This document shows, one piece after another, positions 1 to 11,650 of a stretch of 64,000 nucleotides of DNA (positions within the stretch are counted from its first letter, which is position 1; each line of letters begins with the position of its first letter). Origin of the DNA: Lama guanicoe (lineage: Eukaryota); NCBI GenBank assembly GCA_013239625.1, contig MU054212.1, positions 10,030,898 through 10,094,897 on the forward strand, written 5' to 3'. The notes beneath the pieces were generated by a model, which worked only from the letters and a program-made list of their open reading frames with translations, was not told the origin of the DNA and searched no databases. A program made the translations under genes and the position numbers.

Positions 1-429
1 AGGTTAGACTGTTTTCAAGAGAACCAGCAAGTATCACTTCTTTCTTCTCCAGGTAATGAGTTCCAGTGCCAGGGAAGGGACTTTACTCCCCATCCACCTT
101 TTTAGTGTACCTTACAAGTCTCGTCACTCCTCCCCTACCTCCAGTCACAGAAGAGTGTCCAACACAGTAAAGCTTGACTTTGTGCTGAAGTATAAGACCG
201 AGGCATAGATTCACATTAGCTCTCTTTGAGGCCTAGCGTGGAGTTGCCTGCATAGAGGGCCAATTAAAATGTAATGAATGGATGGGTGGATGAGCAAATG
301 AGTACACTGAGGTCTCAGCAGCACAAGTGATCTTGTATGAACGCAGCTTCTTTGGATCTATAGACAACTGCTCCACACCGAAAAATGCATCTAGCATAAT
401 CATGATTTTCAACTCCCAAATCAAAACAC

Positions 430-925
430 CACCTCCAGGAAGACTTCCCTGATCATTCTTAGACTTTCTCTTACCTTTCCAGTCTCATTTCTTACCATTA
501 TTTGCCTGGAACCTTTCCCTTTTCTACACCCTCCTTCTATTCCCTTTGAACATTTTGCTCCAATGTTACTGAACTACTGCAGGATTTCCTTGAACCTTTT
601 TAGATGGTCTTCCTTGGGCTGGAACACCCTGCTCTCTTCCATTCTCTCCTTTTCACCAGTTCTTTTTTTCCTTTGAGTCTCAATCTAGAAGCCTTCTCTG
701 ATCCTCTTGTCCCAGGTCTGAGTTAGATTTTTTTTTTGTCTGAACTCCCAAGAACTAAGGACTTCTTTGCTCTTAATTGCCTGTTTGCTTCATCATTTTC
801 CCCACTAAACTGTAGGTGCCATCAGAGCAGGGAACTTAATTTATGGTCCCAGTAACTAGGACAATGTCTGGCGCACACTCAGTGCTCAAAATATACCTAT
901 TGCAGTACTGAATGAATGGATGAAT
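430..925 (+). mobile_element. L2 LINE 3' fragment
   Basis: Pyrimidine-rich body (CCTCCAGGAAGACTTCCCTGA), then an L2-like 3' end CCCCACTAAACTGTAGG...TCTGGCGCACACTCAGTGCTCAAAATA ending in a TGAATGAATGGATGAA tail. Confidence 0.55.
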
Positions 926-1879
926 ACAGCCAAACCGTGTGTATGTGTGAGAGTGGGTGCCCCTGCGTTTGGCTGACACCTTCTCACAGAGATGTTGCTC
1001 TCAAGACATGAAAAGGGACTGAATGAGAAGACATAAAAGATGCTTATGAGGCTCCTATGTAATTTTAATGGGCCTTTTACGTATCCTGCTTCATTAATAA
1101 AGGAGGAATGGAATACTCCAGCATCTTTTATCTCCCATCTGTATTCAAATACAACAGAATTTCTCCCCAGTAAAATTTCAGGATAAATTAATGATTTTCA
1201 TTTTCTCAGAAAACCCATTTTTTTCCTGAATGGATAGACTGCTGAGCCAACATATGAATATGATTTCCTTCTTAGTAAAGAAAAGTGGCTGATATGATGC
1301 GTTGCAGAGTGACTGTGGGAGAGCATGAGCTGGAGTGGCCGGCGTAGGCTGGGTGGGCTGGTGAGCAGAGGAGTCTACGTTGGGTGGCTTCTGAGCTAGA
1401 ACTTGAGGGATGAGCAGGAATTTTGTTCCACAGAAGTGCTCAGGTTTCCTCATGGGTAGGAAGAGGTGGAAAAGCATGAACAGAGAAGGACAGATAGGAA
1501 TACTCGTTTGTGGCAAGTGGGGAGCAGCAGCGGCAGGGGGAGGAGGCTGGAGGAGGCTCTCATTGTTGGGATGACATAAGGAGCTGGTTAATGGGTGTCT
1601 TTTATGAATATATAAAACAAGGAAATCCGCCCACGTTGGTCATAGAGGAGATGAGTGCCCACATGCAGAATCAGGCGACATTTCCTCATATGTCTTAGGG
1701 AAAATCAAAAGAAGAAAGGAAACAGATGGCTTGCCTCCCACTGTCTGAGGCCAGACCATTCTGCTTATCTGGGCAGCACTGTTCTTCTGTCTGTGACCCA
1801 GTTTGCTTATTTGTCCTGTAAAGATGCCTTTGTGGATGGATGATGGAAATCACGATGGTGGTGGTAAGGACCATTCCTC

Positions 1880-2085
1880 ACTTTCACAGCTCTTAAAGCA
1901 CTTTCAGAGTTGCTTCACACTCACCATTTCATTTCATGCACTCCAAGATGGTCTTTTGTCTTCAGCACTGTCCAATGTAAAAGGCAAGGCAGTTCTTAGT
2001 TTTCTCAGTTAACTGACGAGATCGAGTCATTGATTGAAAGAATTCTCAAGGGTAATAGGTCTGGAGCTCAAATTGGAACGTGAAT
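1880..2085 (-). mobile_element. MIR SINE fragment
   Basis: Antisense MIR-like core: AGCACTTTCAGAGTTGCTTCACACTCACCATTTCATTTCATGCACTC...CTCAAGGGTAATAG. Confidence 0.45.
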
Positions 2086-3629
2086 GTGGCAGCTCTGGCA
2101 ACAGTGGTCTTTGTGCCATGTTGGGAGAAGATAATGGCGGATCTTTGCCCAGTGGTGGCCCGATAAACCCATCAATGCATCGATCCCTCCTTTGCCTTCC
2201 CTCCCTGGAGTTTGGGTGGTCTTTAGACCCACCGCTGAGTGGTGTCCCTGCCTCCACAGATGCACTCAGCAGTATGTGCCCTGAGAGACATTGGCGGAGG
2301 TGGGTGGAGTTCAAGCCTCTTCTGAGTAAATGGTGTTGTTTCATTCCAGCTTGGATAGGAGTATTAAAGGAGGACTAGTGTGACTTAGTGCCTGTTACGC
2401 ACTTTTCCTCTGATCTCAACCACCACCCTACAAGGGAAGGAGTGGGAAGCTTGCGTGAGGACATTGAACCCAGTGTGGCAATCCCCTGCCTAAGGCCACA
2501 GGTGGTACTGATGAACGAGGGACCGGGCCTGGTTCTGCCTGCATCCTCATTCAGCACCTCTCCTGCTCAGCCACCCTGAGCCTCCGGGCTCCAGTGGTCT
2601 CAGTGAGAGTCAAGGTAAGGACCTCTAGATCTGGGCTCTTTCCTGGAGCCCTTTGAGGATGCGATGTGTTAGCTAGAGACCTTCTCCCTGGAAAAAGGCA
2701 CATTTATCCGATATTTTGTATGAAATTTTGTGGGACTAACAAGACTGCCAGAGATGCTCTGTAGTTTCCAGGTCAGGAACTTCTGCCCTCGAAGAGGGTG
2801 AGACTGAGGAAAACAGGAAGAGAAACGTTTGAGTAGCTCACTGTGGCCACCTGGAGCTTCCCAATTTTAAGCCCATCTTTGCTGGGGCTCAAAGGGCTTG
2901 GGTCTTTGTCTTAATAAAGCAGGTTATTACCTAAAAGACTATTAAAGCAGCAGGAGAGGAGGCTGAGCCAGCTGCTGGGCAGAGTGGCAGTGCACTGTTC
3001 TCTCAGCAGACCCAAGCCCCGGAGAAGTCTCAGTTAGGGGCACTCAAGTTTTGTTATTTTGGAGTGTGAAATTTTTGGCATTAGTGAAGCCTGGGAATTT
3101 TCTGTGACTCACGCACCCTCCCTCCCTCCCCCTCTTTAGATTAACTGTCTGAAAGCAGTCAACTTAAAGTCCAGCTTTTCCTGGATGAGGCTTCTGTCCC
3201 AAGGCTGTGTCAAGATGATGGAATACATCAGATCGAAAAACAGTGAGGAAGGCTTTTTAGGGCATCTTAAAACCTGACTTGGATCCACTTTTAAGATGGC
3301 CAGAAAAAAGGTGTATCTGACAGTGAGAAGTCTACTGATGTCGAATCACAATTTCAAGATCAGATTTTTAAATATTTAGATGTGTCTCTGGGGACTCCCT
3401 GTTACCTTTTTCTCCAGGAGTGTGGCCGCATCCGATCTCATCCCAGCCTTCCTTCCCCACTTTATCTGCCACTGCCTTCCCCACTGGCCAGGCATCTTTA
3501 GTCCCATTCAGATCCGTTTTCCTACTCTACTTCTCAAAATGCCATTCCCCAGCCATCCCAGAAGAGCTCCCCTGTCCCTTCTGCCAGTCAACCGCTGTCC
3601 GTTAGCAGCATTGTGAGTCCGGAAGGAGC

Positions 3630-3770
3630 CTTGACAGTCTGCAGATCTGGTGTGCCTCCTACTCGCCACCTCGCTGAGCCTCCTTTGCAATAGGGAGTGG
3701 TAGTTCCCGTGTTGTACTGTTGTATTATGAACATTAAGTGAGATAATGTATGGAAAGCGAATGGCACTAA
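3630..3770 (+). mobile_element. MIR SINE fragment
   Basis: ACCTCGCTGAGCCTC...GTTGTATTATGAACATTAAGTGAGATAATGTATGGAAAGCG resembles the MIR core and 3' part. Confidence 0.55.
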
Positions 3771-3870
3771 AAGCTACCCTTAGCCTCCTTCCTCAAGGCC
3801 GTAGGAAGTACTGCCCCTTTCAGAAGATCCTCCTGGAAGCTTGGTCTGGAATTGTGTTCCTTCCTCTCTC

Positions 3871-4289
3871 TGTCTGCCCAGTTGCCGTGACAAAATAACA
3901 CAAGCTGGGTGGTTTAAACAACAGAAATAATTTTCTCAGAGTTCTGGAGGCTGGAAGTTCCAGATCAAGGTCCAGTGGGGTGGGTTTCTGGTGAGAGCTC
4001 TCTTCTTGGCTTTCAGACGGCCGCCTTCTTACTAAGTCCACACATGGCTTCTACTTAGCATGCACACATGGAGAGAGGGAGAGAGAGAGAGAGAGGGAGA
4101 GAGGGAGAGGGAAAGAAAGAGCAAGCTCTCTGCTGTCTCTTCTTGTATGGACGCTAATCCGTCAGGGCCACCCTTATCACCTGTTCAACCTTAATTATTT
4201 CCTTATTCCCAAAATAGCCACACTAGGGGGTTAGTCAGGGCTTAAACATATGAATTTCGGGGGGACACACATCCATTCAGTTTATAACA
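3871..4289 (-). mobile_element. MaLR solo LTR, MLT1A-type, with internal (GA)n
   Basis: ACAAGCTGGGTGGTTTAAACAACAGAAATAATTTTCTCAGAGTTCTGGAGGCTGGAAGTTCCAGATCAAGG...AACATATGAATTTCGGGGGGACAC...ATTCAGTTTATAACA is the antisense MLT1A layout. Confidence 0.85.
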
Positions 4290-4464
4290 CCCTCCAATGT
4301 AGAAAGAACATCCTTTGTACTTTTAACAAACACCCTTACATTTTAACATTTAAGTATTTCCCATTGCCCTCTTGCATGAAATGTGTATTTCCAGCTAAGA
4401 AAGGAAGTCTCTGTGGACTGAGACCTGTTTCTCCTTTTTATATATGACTAGTATGACACAGGAC

Positions 4465-4977
4465 ATTTTTTTAAAAAAAATTCTTAATTTTTATTCCAGT
4501 GTCGTCATCTACAATGTTAGTTTCAGGTGTATAGCAAAGTGATTCAGTTATACACACACACACACACAAACATACATATATATTTCATATTCTTTTCCAT
4601 TGCACAGTTCATTAGAAGAAACTGAATATAGTTACCTGTGCTATACAGAAGGTCCCTGTTGTTCATCTGTTTTATATATATGTATGTATATGTATAATAA
4701 TGTATATCTATTAATCCCAAACTCCTAATCTATCCCTCTGCTCCTTTCTCCTCTAGTAACCACAGTTTGTTTTCTTGCCCATGAGTCTGTTTCTGGTTTG
4801 TAAGTAAAATAAAATTTGTATCTTTTTATTTTTTCAGATTCCACATGTAAATGACATCATATGATATTTGTCTTTCTGTGTCTTTTACTTCACTTAATGT
4901 GATAATCTCTAGGTCCATCCATATTGCTGCAAATAGCGTGGTTCATTCTTTTTTGTGGCTGAGTAGTATTCCATTGA

Positions 4978-5022
<45 letters not shown>

Positions 5023-5050
5023 CACCACATCTTCTTTATCCATCCATGAC
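4465..5050 (-). mobile_element. L1 3' end (artiodactyl-type 3' UTR) with internal (CA)n/(TA)n microsatellites
   Basis: Poly-T start, then ACAATGTTAGTTTCAGGTGTATAGCAAAGTGATTCAGTTATA, TATAGTTACCTGTGCTATACAG, AGATTCCACATGTAAATGACATCATATGATATTTGTC and GGCTGAGTAGTATTCCATTG; homologous to the L1 at 14934-15348. Confidence 0.9.
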
Positions 5051-5167
5051 AGAGCATTTTTTAGGATTAATGAATACTAGTTACTGAACTAGTTGGTTAT
5101 TTTACTAACATATAGCCAGTCAGTTTGACTTTCCTTTTATGGAATTGTGGTGATGTCACGAGAGGAT

Positions 5168-5544
5168 GTGTTATTCAGGATTCGCTGGATTATGTATTAG
5201 TAACAAATAATCCCAAAATCTCAGTGACTTAAAACAGCAAAATGTTTTTTCTCCCCATGCTGTGTATCCACCGTGGAACACTGTAGGGAGGAGAACGTGT
5301 TCATTGTAGTCATCCAGGGACCCAGGCAGTTTCCACCTCTGACACCACTGATGGCTGTGACAGGGAGAAGGGAGCATCGTGGGGTCTGGCGTCAGTAATC
5401 AGACGCTCACTGGCCACAGTTCACTGGTCAGAACTAACTGCATGACCCCATCCAACCAGGACAGCGCCGGCAGTGCAGTCCCACCACACGTCCAGGTTGG
5501 GGGGAGCTGGAAGTATTTGATGAATATCGCCAGTAACCACCACA
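5168..5544 (-). mobile_element. Older MaLR LTR (MLT1J/K/L-like)
   Basis: TAGTAACAAATAATCCCAAAATCTCAGTGACTTAAAACAGCAAA...CACTGGTCAGAACTAACTGCATGACCCCA...TATTTGATGAATATCGCCAGTAACCACCACA; TG...CA ends. Confidence 0.7.
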
Positions 5545-8440
5545 GCCGAGAGACAGATGTTCAGTTTTCCAGGAAGCAGAAAAGTGGATAGACATCTTGT
5601 ATTTATCTTCTGCACCAGCAGGAGACTGGCTTCAACCTTCTCCCCCTTTTCCATGCAGAACCAAGCCAAGAAATTTCACCCTGTCTGTGAACCCTGGATT
5701 GGTAGCTCCGAGTTCTAGCTCGTTGTGACTGGAGGCACCTTTACTTTCCATCTAATCCAGAGGCGTGCACAGTGACCCTAAGGCAGTCCTAGGAGTGGGT
5801 TCATGCCCATCTCTCCAGGGAGGCCTCTCGGAAGGGCTTTGGTCAGAGTGGGAGAGACCCTGAGCCCCAGCTTTGCTTACTCTTTGTAACATATATATAT
5901 ATATGTAATACGTATGTATAGCATAAGTAGTGCTACCGAATTTGCAAACCATGAACCTGGTCCAACCACATAAGCAGGACACAGGTGACTTCTCAGCATT
6001 GTTTCTGAAACCTGAAGCCAGGGTTTAAGGACTGAAATGATGCCTGCCTCTAGAGCGCCTGGCACAGTGTCTCCCCTTCACGTCAGGACACTCCCTCCTG
6101 CCCTTGCTGACTGTCCCTGGGCTAGATTTCAGGGTGCTCATTGTCTGGGGGGCTGCCTGCCCTGCACACTGGGCAGCCTTATCGCTGATCTGAGCAGCAG
6201 TCTGTTAGCACTGCAAACAGACGTACCTCCTCTCCGCCTGGAGTCCAGTCCCTGGCTTGTTTGAACCAATACATGATGCAAAGTAAACTAAGGAGGAATT
6301 AGAGTATTTCTGTCCACTGTGTCTCCAAAATCATAGAGTCCCAAAATGCTTAAGATCCTTTTAAAGTAGTTTTCCTTTTGTTTCTTTAAAAAAAACTCTC
6401 CTTCTGAGCCAGCCAAGGACTGATGAGCTGTCCCCACACTCGGCACTTACATGCAAATGTGGGAGAGTGACAAAGACCTTGATTACAGCTCCATTTGCTT
6501 TTATACAAAACTCCGACAGACAGCCGGTTAAAGCCACAGAAAACACGAGGAGTGGACTCCAGCGTGTGACGGGGGAGCCAGTGGGGCTGCCCGGCCCCCC
6601 GTGCAGTCACACTTGCCCTGCCAGGGGGCAGCACTGGCTTGAGGCTGGGAAAGGAGCCCTCCGTGGCTCTGCGGATTGCTGCCCACACACAGAACATCTT
6701 CCCTTCCTGCTGCCTGGGGTATGAGACACTAGAGGTGGTGTTTCATCCCATCAGCTTTGAGTTCAGTCCTGGTTGAAATGCCCCTCTGACCAGGGTAGGG
6801 GGTGGTCTGTGGCCAGGCTGTCATCATGCCCAGTCTCCGCAGTGAGAATGAGTGTATGAGGGCAAGTGTCCCCTTGGGAGCAGGAGTGAGTGACAGCTCT
6901 GAGGGTGGGGTGACGGGGGGGTCGGGATGCTGGGCTGGGTTTGGGTGGGCTAGGCGAGATTAGCCTCAAAAATACAAGCTGATAAAACCCTTTGACTTTG
7001 GGATCACGAGGCCCTATTCTTTTAGTGCAAGAACAAGTAACCCCAGCTCTTTTCTCTAAATCTGTTTATTGTAAACTTAGGCATCTTAGAGAGTGAAGCC
7101 TGGGGTCTAAGGGTATCCGGCGCCTGGAGTCCTCACCACCAAAGACGTTAATTCATTAATTTAATTAAACGCACGACCAAACAGTGGCTGTACGACATAC
7201 ATCTTCCCTAATGAAAGTGTGCAAAACCCACTGCAAATTCTCCTGATTTATTAAATCAAATTATTCAGCTCAATCAGTAAAGACGAAAGCCCCTGAGCTG
7301 GGAGGAGGGCTACCTCTGCTTCAAGAGTAGACCAGTCCAGCCAGGAAAACGTAAAAACGGATTTACTGAGCCTGAATGTCAGAAAAACAGGGAGCTGAAC
7401 GATGATGCCCTGGGGTCCGGGGTCCGGGGCCCAGGGCCAGGCCCACTGGCTTGACTGGGCTCCCCGGCCCCTTGCCCACCACCTGGCACAGAGCAGGGGT
7501 GGCCGATGGTTTCTTAGGTATGAAAGCGCAGGTGTTTATAAATGAACAAGGGCGTGGTAAGGATGGCAGCAGGAGGGGCGTGGTGTCAAAGGCCCCCTGA
7601 CCCCCAAACACTACAGAAGCCCCTCTTGTTTGTGACCTCCAGGCTTCAGCAGGAAGAGGCCTGCGTTTCCTAGAAGTAGATGTTGAGAAAAGAGTTGAGA
7701 CTTATTTGCTGTTCTGCTGTCAGAATAGCAGGACCTAGTGCCTGCAGAACTGAGTTGCGTACACAGGAGGTTCTCAATAAATGTTTGCCAGGGCAGTGGG
7801 GTTTGCCTAGTGCCATCCATGAAGACCTCATATGTATTTCTTTGTCCATAACGGTTATTGATAAACATGATCTTGTGGACTCAGAGCCCAGGTGGGGTGT
7901 GTTGATGAAGAGCAGAAGGAGAGAAAGAACCTGAGCTTTCGAGAAGCTTGGGTCAGGGGATGGAGGCCAGGTGGTCTGGGGAGAGAGCAGCAGGCCTCAT
8001 AGAGCAGGGCGGGTGGATCTGACCGCGTCCTTCCTCCAGTGCCTCTCACAGCCTCTGCAGCCCTGGATTCTGTGATGGGCAAACGGGCAGCCTTTTCCCC
8101 CCTGGTCCCGTCTCCCTCTGGACCAGGGGAACACCTGCATTTTTGTATTAAACTTCAGCAGGAAGTCGGCTTCCGTAACGCGGTGTGAGTGCCTGCAGTG
8201 TGGAGTTCTGTGGGTGTTTGTCTAAGCTTCTGAGCCAGGTTATAACTGGGGGCCGTGTCACTAGGATGCTGGAGCGGCTTCCCTGGCCCCCTCCAGCCCG
8301 TGTGTGATGTGGATTAGCAATGCAAGTTAGGAGCCAGTTCCCCACGGGGTCCAGATCAAACACTTCAAGTACAGCTTCGACTTACAAATACTCACATTTG
8401 CTCAAAAGAATAATAAAACAATAATTCCTGTAGTTGTCTC

Positions 8441-8518
8441 CTTCTCCTCCTCTCCCTTCCCCTCCCCCTCCTCTCCCTCCTCCTCCTCCACCTCCATCCT
8501 CTCCTCCTCTTCCTTCTT
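8441..8518. repeat. Polypyrimidine/polypurine (CCT)n-like tract
   Basis: ~78 bp almost purely C/T: CTTCTCCTCCTCTCCCTTCCCCTCCCCCTCCTCTCCCTCCTCCTCCTCC... Confidence 0.9.
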
Positions 8519-8570
8519 GCTGTTTTACTGCTGAGGCACTGAATAGTTTTGGAATCCTGCTTACTGAGTC

Positions 8571-9033
8571 TGTTACCAAACTCAGGTTCAGCTGCTCGCT
8601 GCTTAAAAGCCAATAATTTGAGAAGCAAGGGTCAGTAGAAAGGAAAGGTGCTTTAATCAGAAGAGCTGGCCATCTGGGGAAATGGTGGACTCATGTCTGG
8701 AGACCATCTCTGAAGATGCTGCTCTGCCGTCACAGTTTTTAAAGAGAAAAATGGGGGGAGGGGGGATTGCAGAATCTCAGTGAATCATGGAGGCAGGAGG
8801 CGGGATTCCGCATCCTTCTCCACTGCGAGCGGACTGGCTGAGTCTCTCTTCAGATGTTATCTTGCCCCATGATCTGCCTGCAGGATGACTAAGGGGGTTG
8901 TTGGGGGTAGAGAGCTAATCATTCTTTAACTGTTACTTCTTCATTCTTACTTCTTTTTATCGAGGAAAAGAACCAACAGGTTAAACCAGGCATGGTGTGC
9001 ATTCAGGAGAGTGGACGTCAGGAGTTAGTTTCA
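8571..9033 (-). mobile_element. Solo ERV LTR (lineage-specific, family not assigned)
   Basis: Minus strand runs TGAAACTAAC...TTTGGTAACA (TG...CA), with a TATA-like TTTAAAAA near 8740 and ATTAAA near 8652-8657 in LTR order; no clear TSD. Confidence 0.7.
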
Positions 9034-10620
9034 GTTGCTTAGTGATCTCATTCCTATAATTAGGTGCTTACATGGTTATTGGGAGACAGAAATGGACAAA
9101 CGGGAAAGGGGCAGAAGAGCCGATGTCAAGTCCTCCCGTCTCGGTCCACTTCAGCCCTTTCGCCCCAAGGTTATGTTCCTGTTTTCCATGCTCTTGAAGG
9201 AAGTATTTACTGGGGAAGGGGAGTTGCTCTGGCCACCGTTTCTGTTGTATGGTTGCAATAGAAACCGTGCCCATGGAAAAAGATGCCTACCTCTTCCCAG
9301 TGGCCGTGATCAGTGTCTTCCTTTTGGCTTATCTTTCACCTCAGACACCCCTGTTGTTTTTTTTAATGTGATTAGAATTTGAGAGACATTTTTTTTCCCC
9401 ACTCCCAAATCAGTGGCAGCACCATAAGCTCCACCTAAAGTTACTGCAGATCAATGGAAACTTTAAGTCAACACAGTATTCTTGCAAAGCCTTTGGAACT
9501 TCAGACAGGATCCTCTAGTACCCTCTCCTAATTGGATTGCAACCACCAACCCTTATCATAGTTTCCGTTACCCTGTATAGTTTTCTTGTGGGTTTTGATG
9601 ATAGTTGAGACTCTTTAGGATTTACTTCATCATAAACGTCCTTCAAGAGGCGGGTGCAGTTTCTCTGGGTGAGACACTCTGTCTCATATCCGCTGACACA
9701 TAAACAGGGATTGGTTTCCTTTATAAATGATTAGTGGGCATGCAGCACAGAGCGGGCTCTGGGGGGACCAGACTCAGGATACGCACAGGTGATGGGGGTG
9801 GGAAAGGGAGGAGGTAAAAGGGGATGCAGGAGGAAGAGGACACCTGTAGTGGACTCTGCAAGAAGGTTGAGGAGACGTTTAACAGGGGATTACAGATGTC
9901 TGCAACAGGGGCGTCATGGTGCTCTGAGGAGATGGCCACAACCAGTGCGCTCTGATGTCAGCGACTGCGCTTCATGAGGGTCTTCTGCTAGGTGCTTCCG
10001 GGGATGCCCAGATGAGCAAGACCAGGAGAAGCAGAGAACCCTCAAGTTTCAGAATTGACAGAATCAAAAAATTCATTTAGTTTAATCTCTATCTAAAGCC
10101 TGAATTGCCACCAGGACAACTGATATCCAACCTCTGCTTCGGTGACCCTCCGCAGGAGACAAAAGGGTTTCTAGGGAGAGTTAACCAATTCTGTTTGTGA
10201 ACACTGCAGAATGGTGGCATCTCACCTCTGTACTGAAACATGATGTGATGCTGTGTGATTTCCATCCAGAGCCCGTAATTCTGCCTTTGGACTTGGATCC
10301 AGTATGCCCATGACCACTCTCCCACCTGGCAGGTCTCCAGGTCTTTCTGTGGGAGACCCCTAGAATCTTCTTGCTGACCTGAACACTCTTCCCAAACACC
10401 CTCTGGTCTTTCCCTGTCCCGCACACTTCGAGTGAATTCTGAACAGCAGTTTCGTAGGGGTGGGATGGTCTCTTCTTGTTTTAGCATATTTACACTCTCG
10501 CAGTTGAAACTGAGTGACGTCATGCATTTCCATCTTCCGTAAAGAACAGTTCCTGTGTTAGATCTAACCGTTTTGCTCATTGTTCAAGATCAAGAACTTC
10601 TTTTAGAAATGTGTTACGTC

Positions 10621-10800
10621 ATTTATTCATTCACTTAATAAATCATCCTATTTGAGTGCCACCCTGGGTCAGGGACTCTTTCAGGGGCTGGATATATGCC
10701 AGTGAACAAAGCAAAGTGATCTCCTTCTCGGAGCTTACCTTTAAGTTAGAGGAGAGGGGTAATCAGCAAACACACAAGTAATACACGGAGGGAAATAAAA
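10621..10800 (-). mobile_element. L2 LINE 3' end
   Basis: ATTCATTCAC tail, then TATTTGAGTGCC...GGGCTGGATATATGCCAGTGAACAAAGCAAA...CTCGGAGCTTACCTTTAAGT. Confidence 0.65.
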
Positions 10801-11069
10801 CAGACCAGGCGGTAGGCACTTGCTTATCATAGAGCATATATATGTGTGTTGCCATTTCGTATACTATACGTTGCAGCCTCCATATCTGCTCCATGCTCTG
10901 TGTCGTCCACAGCTTGGGGAGACCGTTTTGCATGACAGTGATAACTGTCACCACTGCTAATGCTACCACCGCTTGCGACACCAGCAGCATGCACTCATGT
11001 CATCCACCACACGGGATAAAAGCTCTGGAAAGATCACCAGCTCTATGTGGCCAGTCCTCTTGGGACTGA

Positions 11070-11235
11070 AAGCACTTCTAAGCTGTGTAATGTGGTCAAG
11101 GTTTTTTAACCTTGGGCCTCACTTATTTGTAAAATGGGGATAAAATTTTAAGATTGGAGTGAAGATGAGATGAAATATTGCCTGTAAAGCACGTTCTAGC
11201 TCACAGCAGATAGGAGCTAATCAGCAAACGTTTGC
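11070..11235 (+). mobile_element. MIR SINE
   Basis: AGCTGTGTAATGTGGTCAAG...TTTGTAAAATGGGGATAA...GTGAAGATGAGATGAAATATTGCCTGTAAAGCAC. Confidence 0.65.
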
Positions 11236-11460
11236 TCTCATTCGTCTCCCTTTTCAATGTCTCCAGCCCACATGCTGATAAAAATGTCTATTTAAGAAAG
11301 GCTGAGAATCGAGCCACTAGAAATCTCTCTCATATTCACCTTGCTCCATAATTTGGGGCCTTTGAGCATGGTGGGCAGGTTTGGAGACCACCTAATTGTA
11401 GTGCCAGTTTCCCCCTCTGCCAGCACATCACTTTAGGGAAGTTACCATGCTTATTGTTGC

Positions 11461-11650
11461 ATATGGAATGGACTAGCTTGATAAGGATATATGGGTTTCA
11501 GGTTGAATGGAATTGAGTGGGAATTAATGGGATAAGATTGAATAAAATAGTTGTACTCAGCATAGGACACAGGAGTAGACTGAGGTGTGGTGGATTGGAA
11601 TGGAATAGAGTGGGAGAGGATGAAATGGGGTGAAATGATTCGGAACAAAA
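11461..11650. repeat. Degenerate pentamer tandem repeat, (GGAAT/AGAAT)n-like
   Basis: 5-bp periodicity: TGGAATGGAC, TTGAATGGAATTGAGTGGGAAT, TGGATTGGAATGGAATAGAGTGGGAG, TGAAATGGGGTGAAATG. Confidence 0.65.

Noticed and set aside
8382..8628. Poly-Gly/Pro/Arg ORFs
   Set aside because: Translation artefacts of the (CCT)n-like low-complexity tract.
11461..11650. Centromeric/pericentromeric satellite
   Set aside because: Only ~190 bp, highly degenerate and embedded in euchromatic-type sequence.
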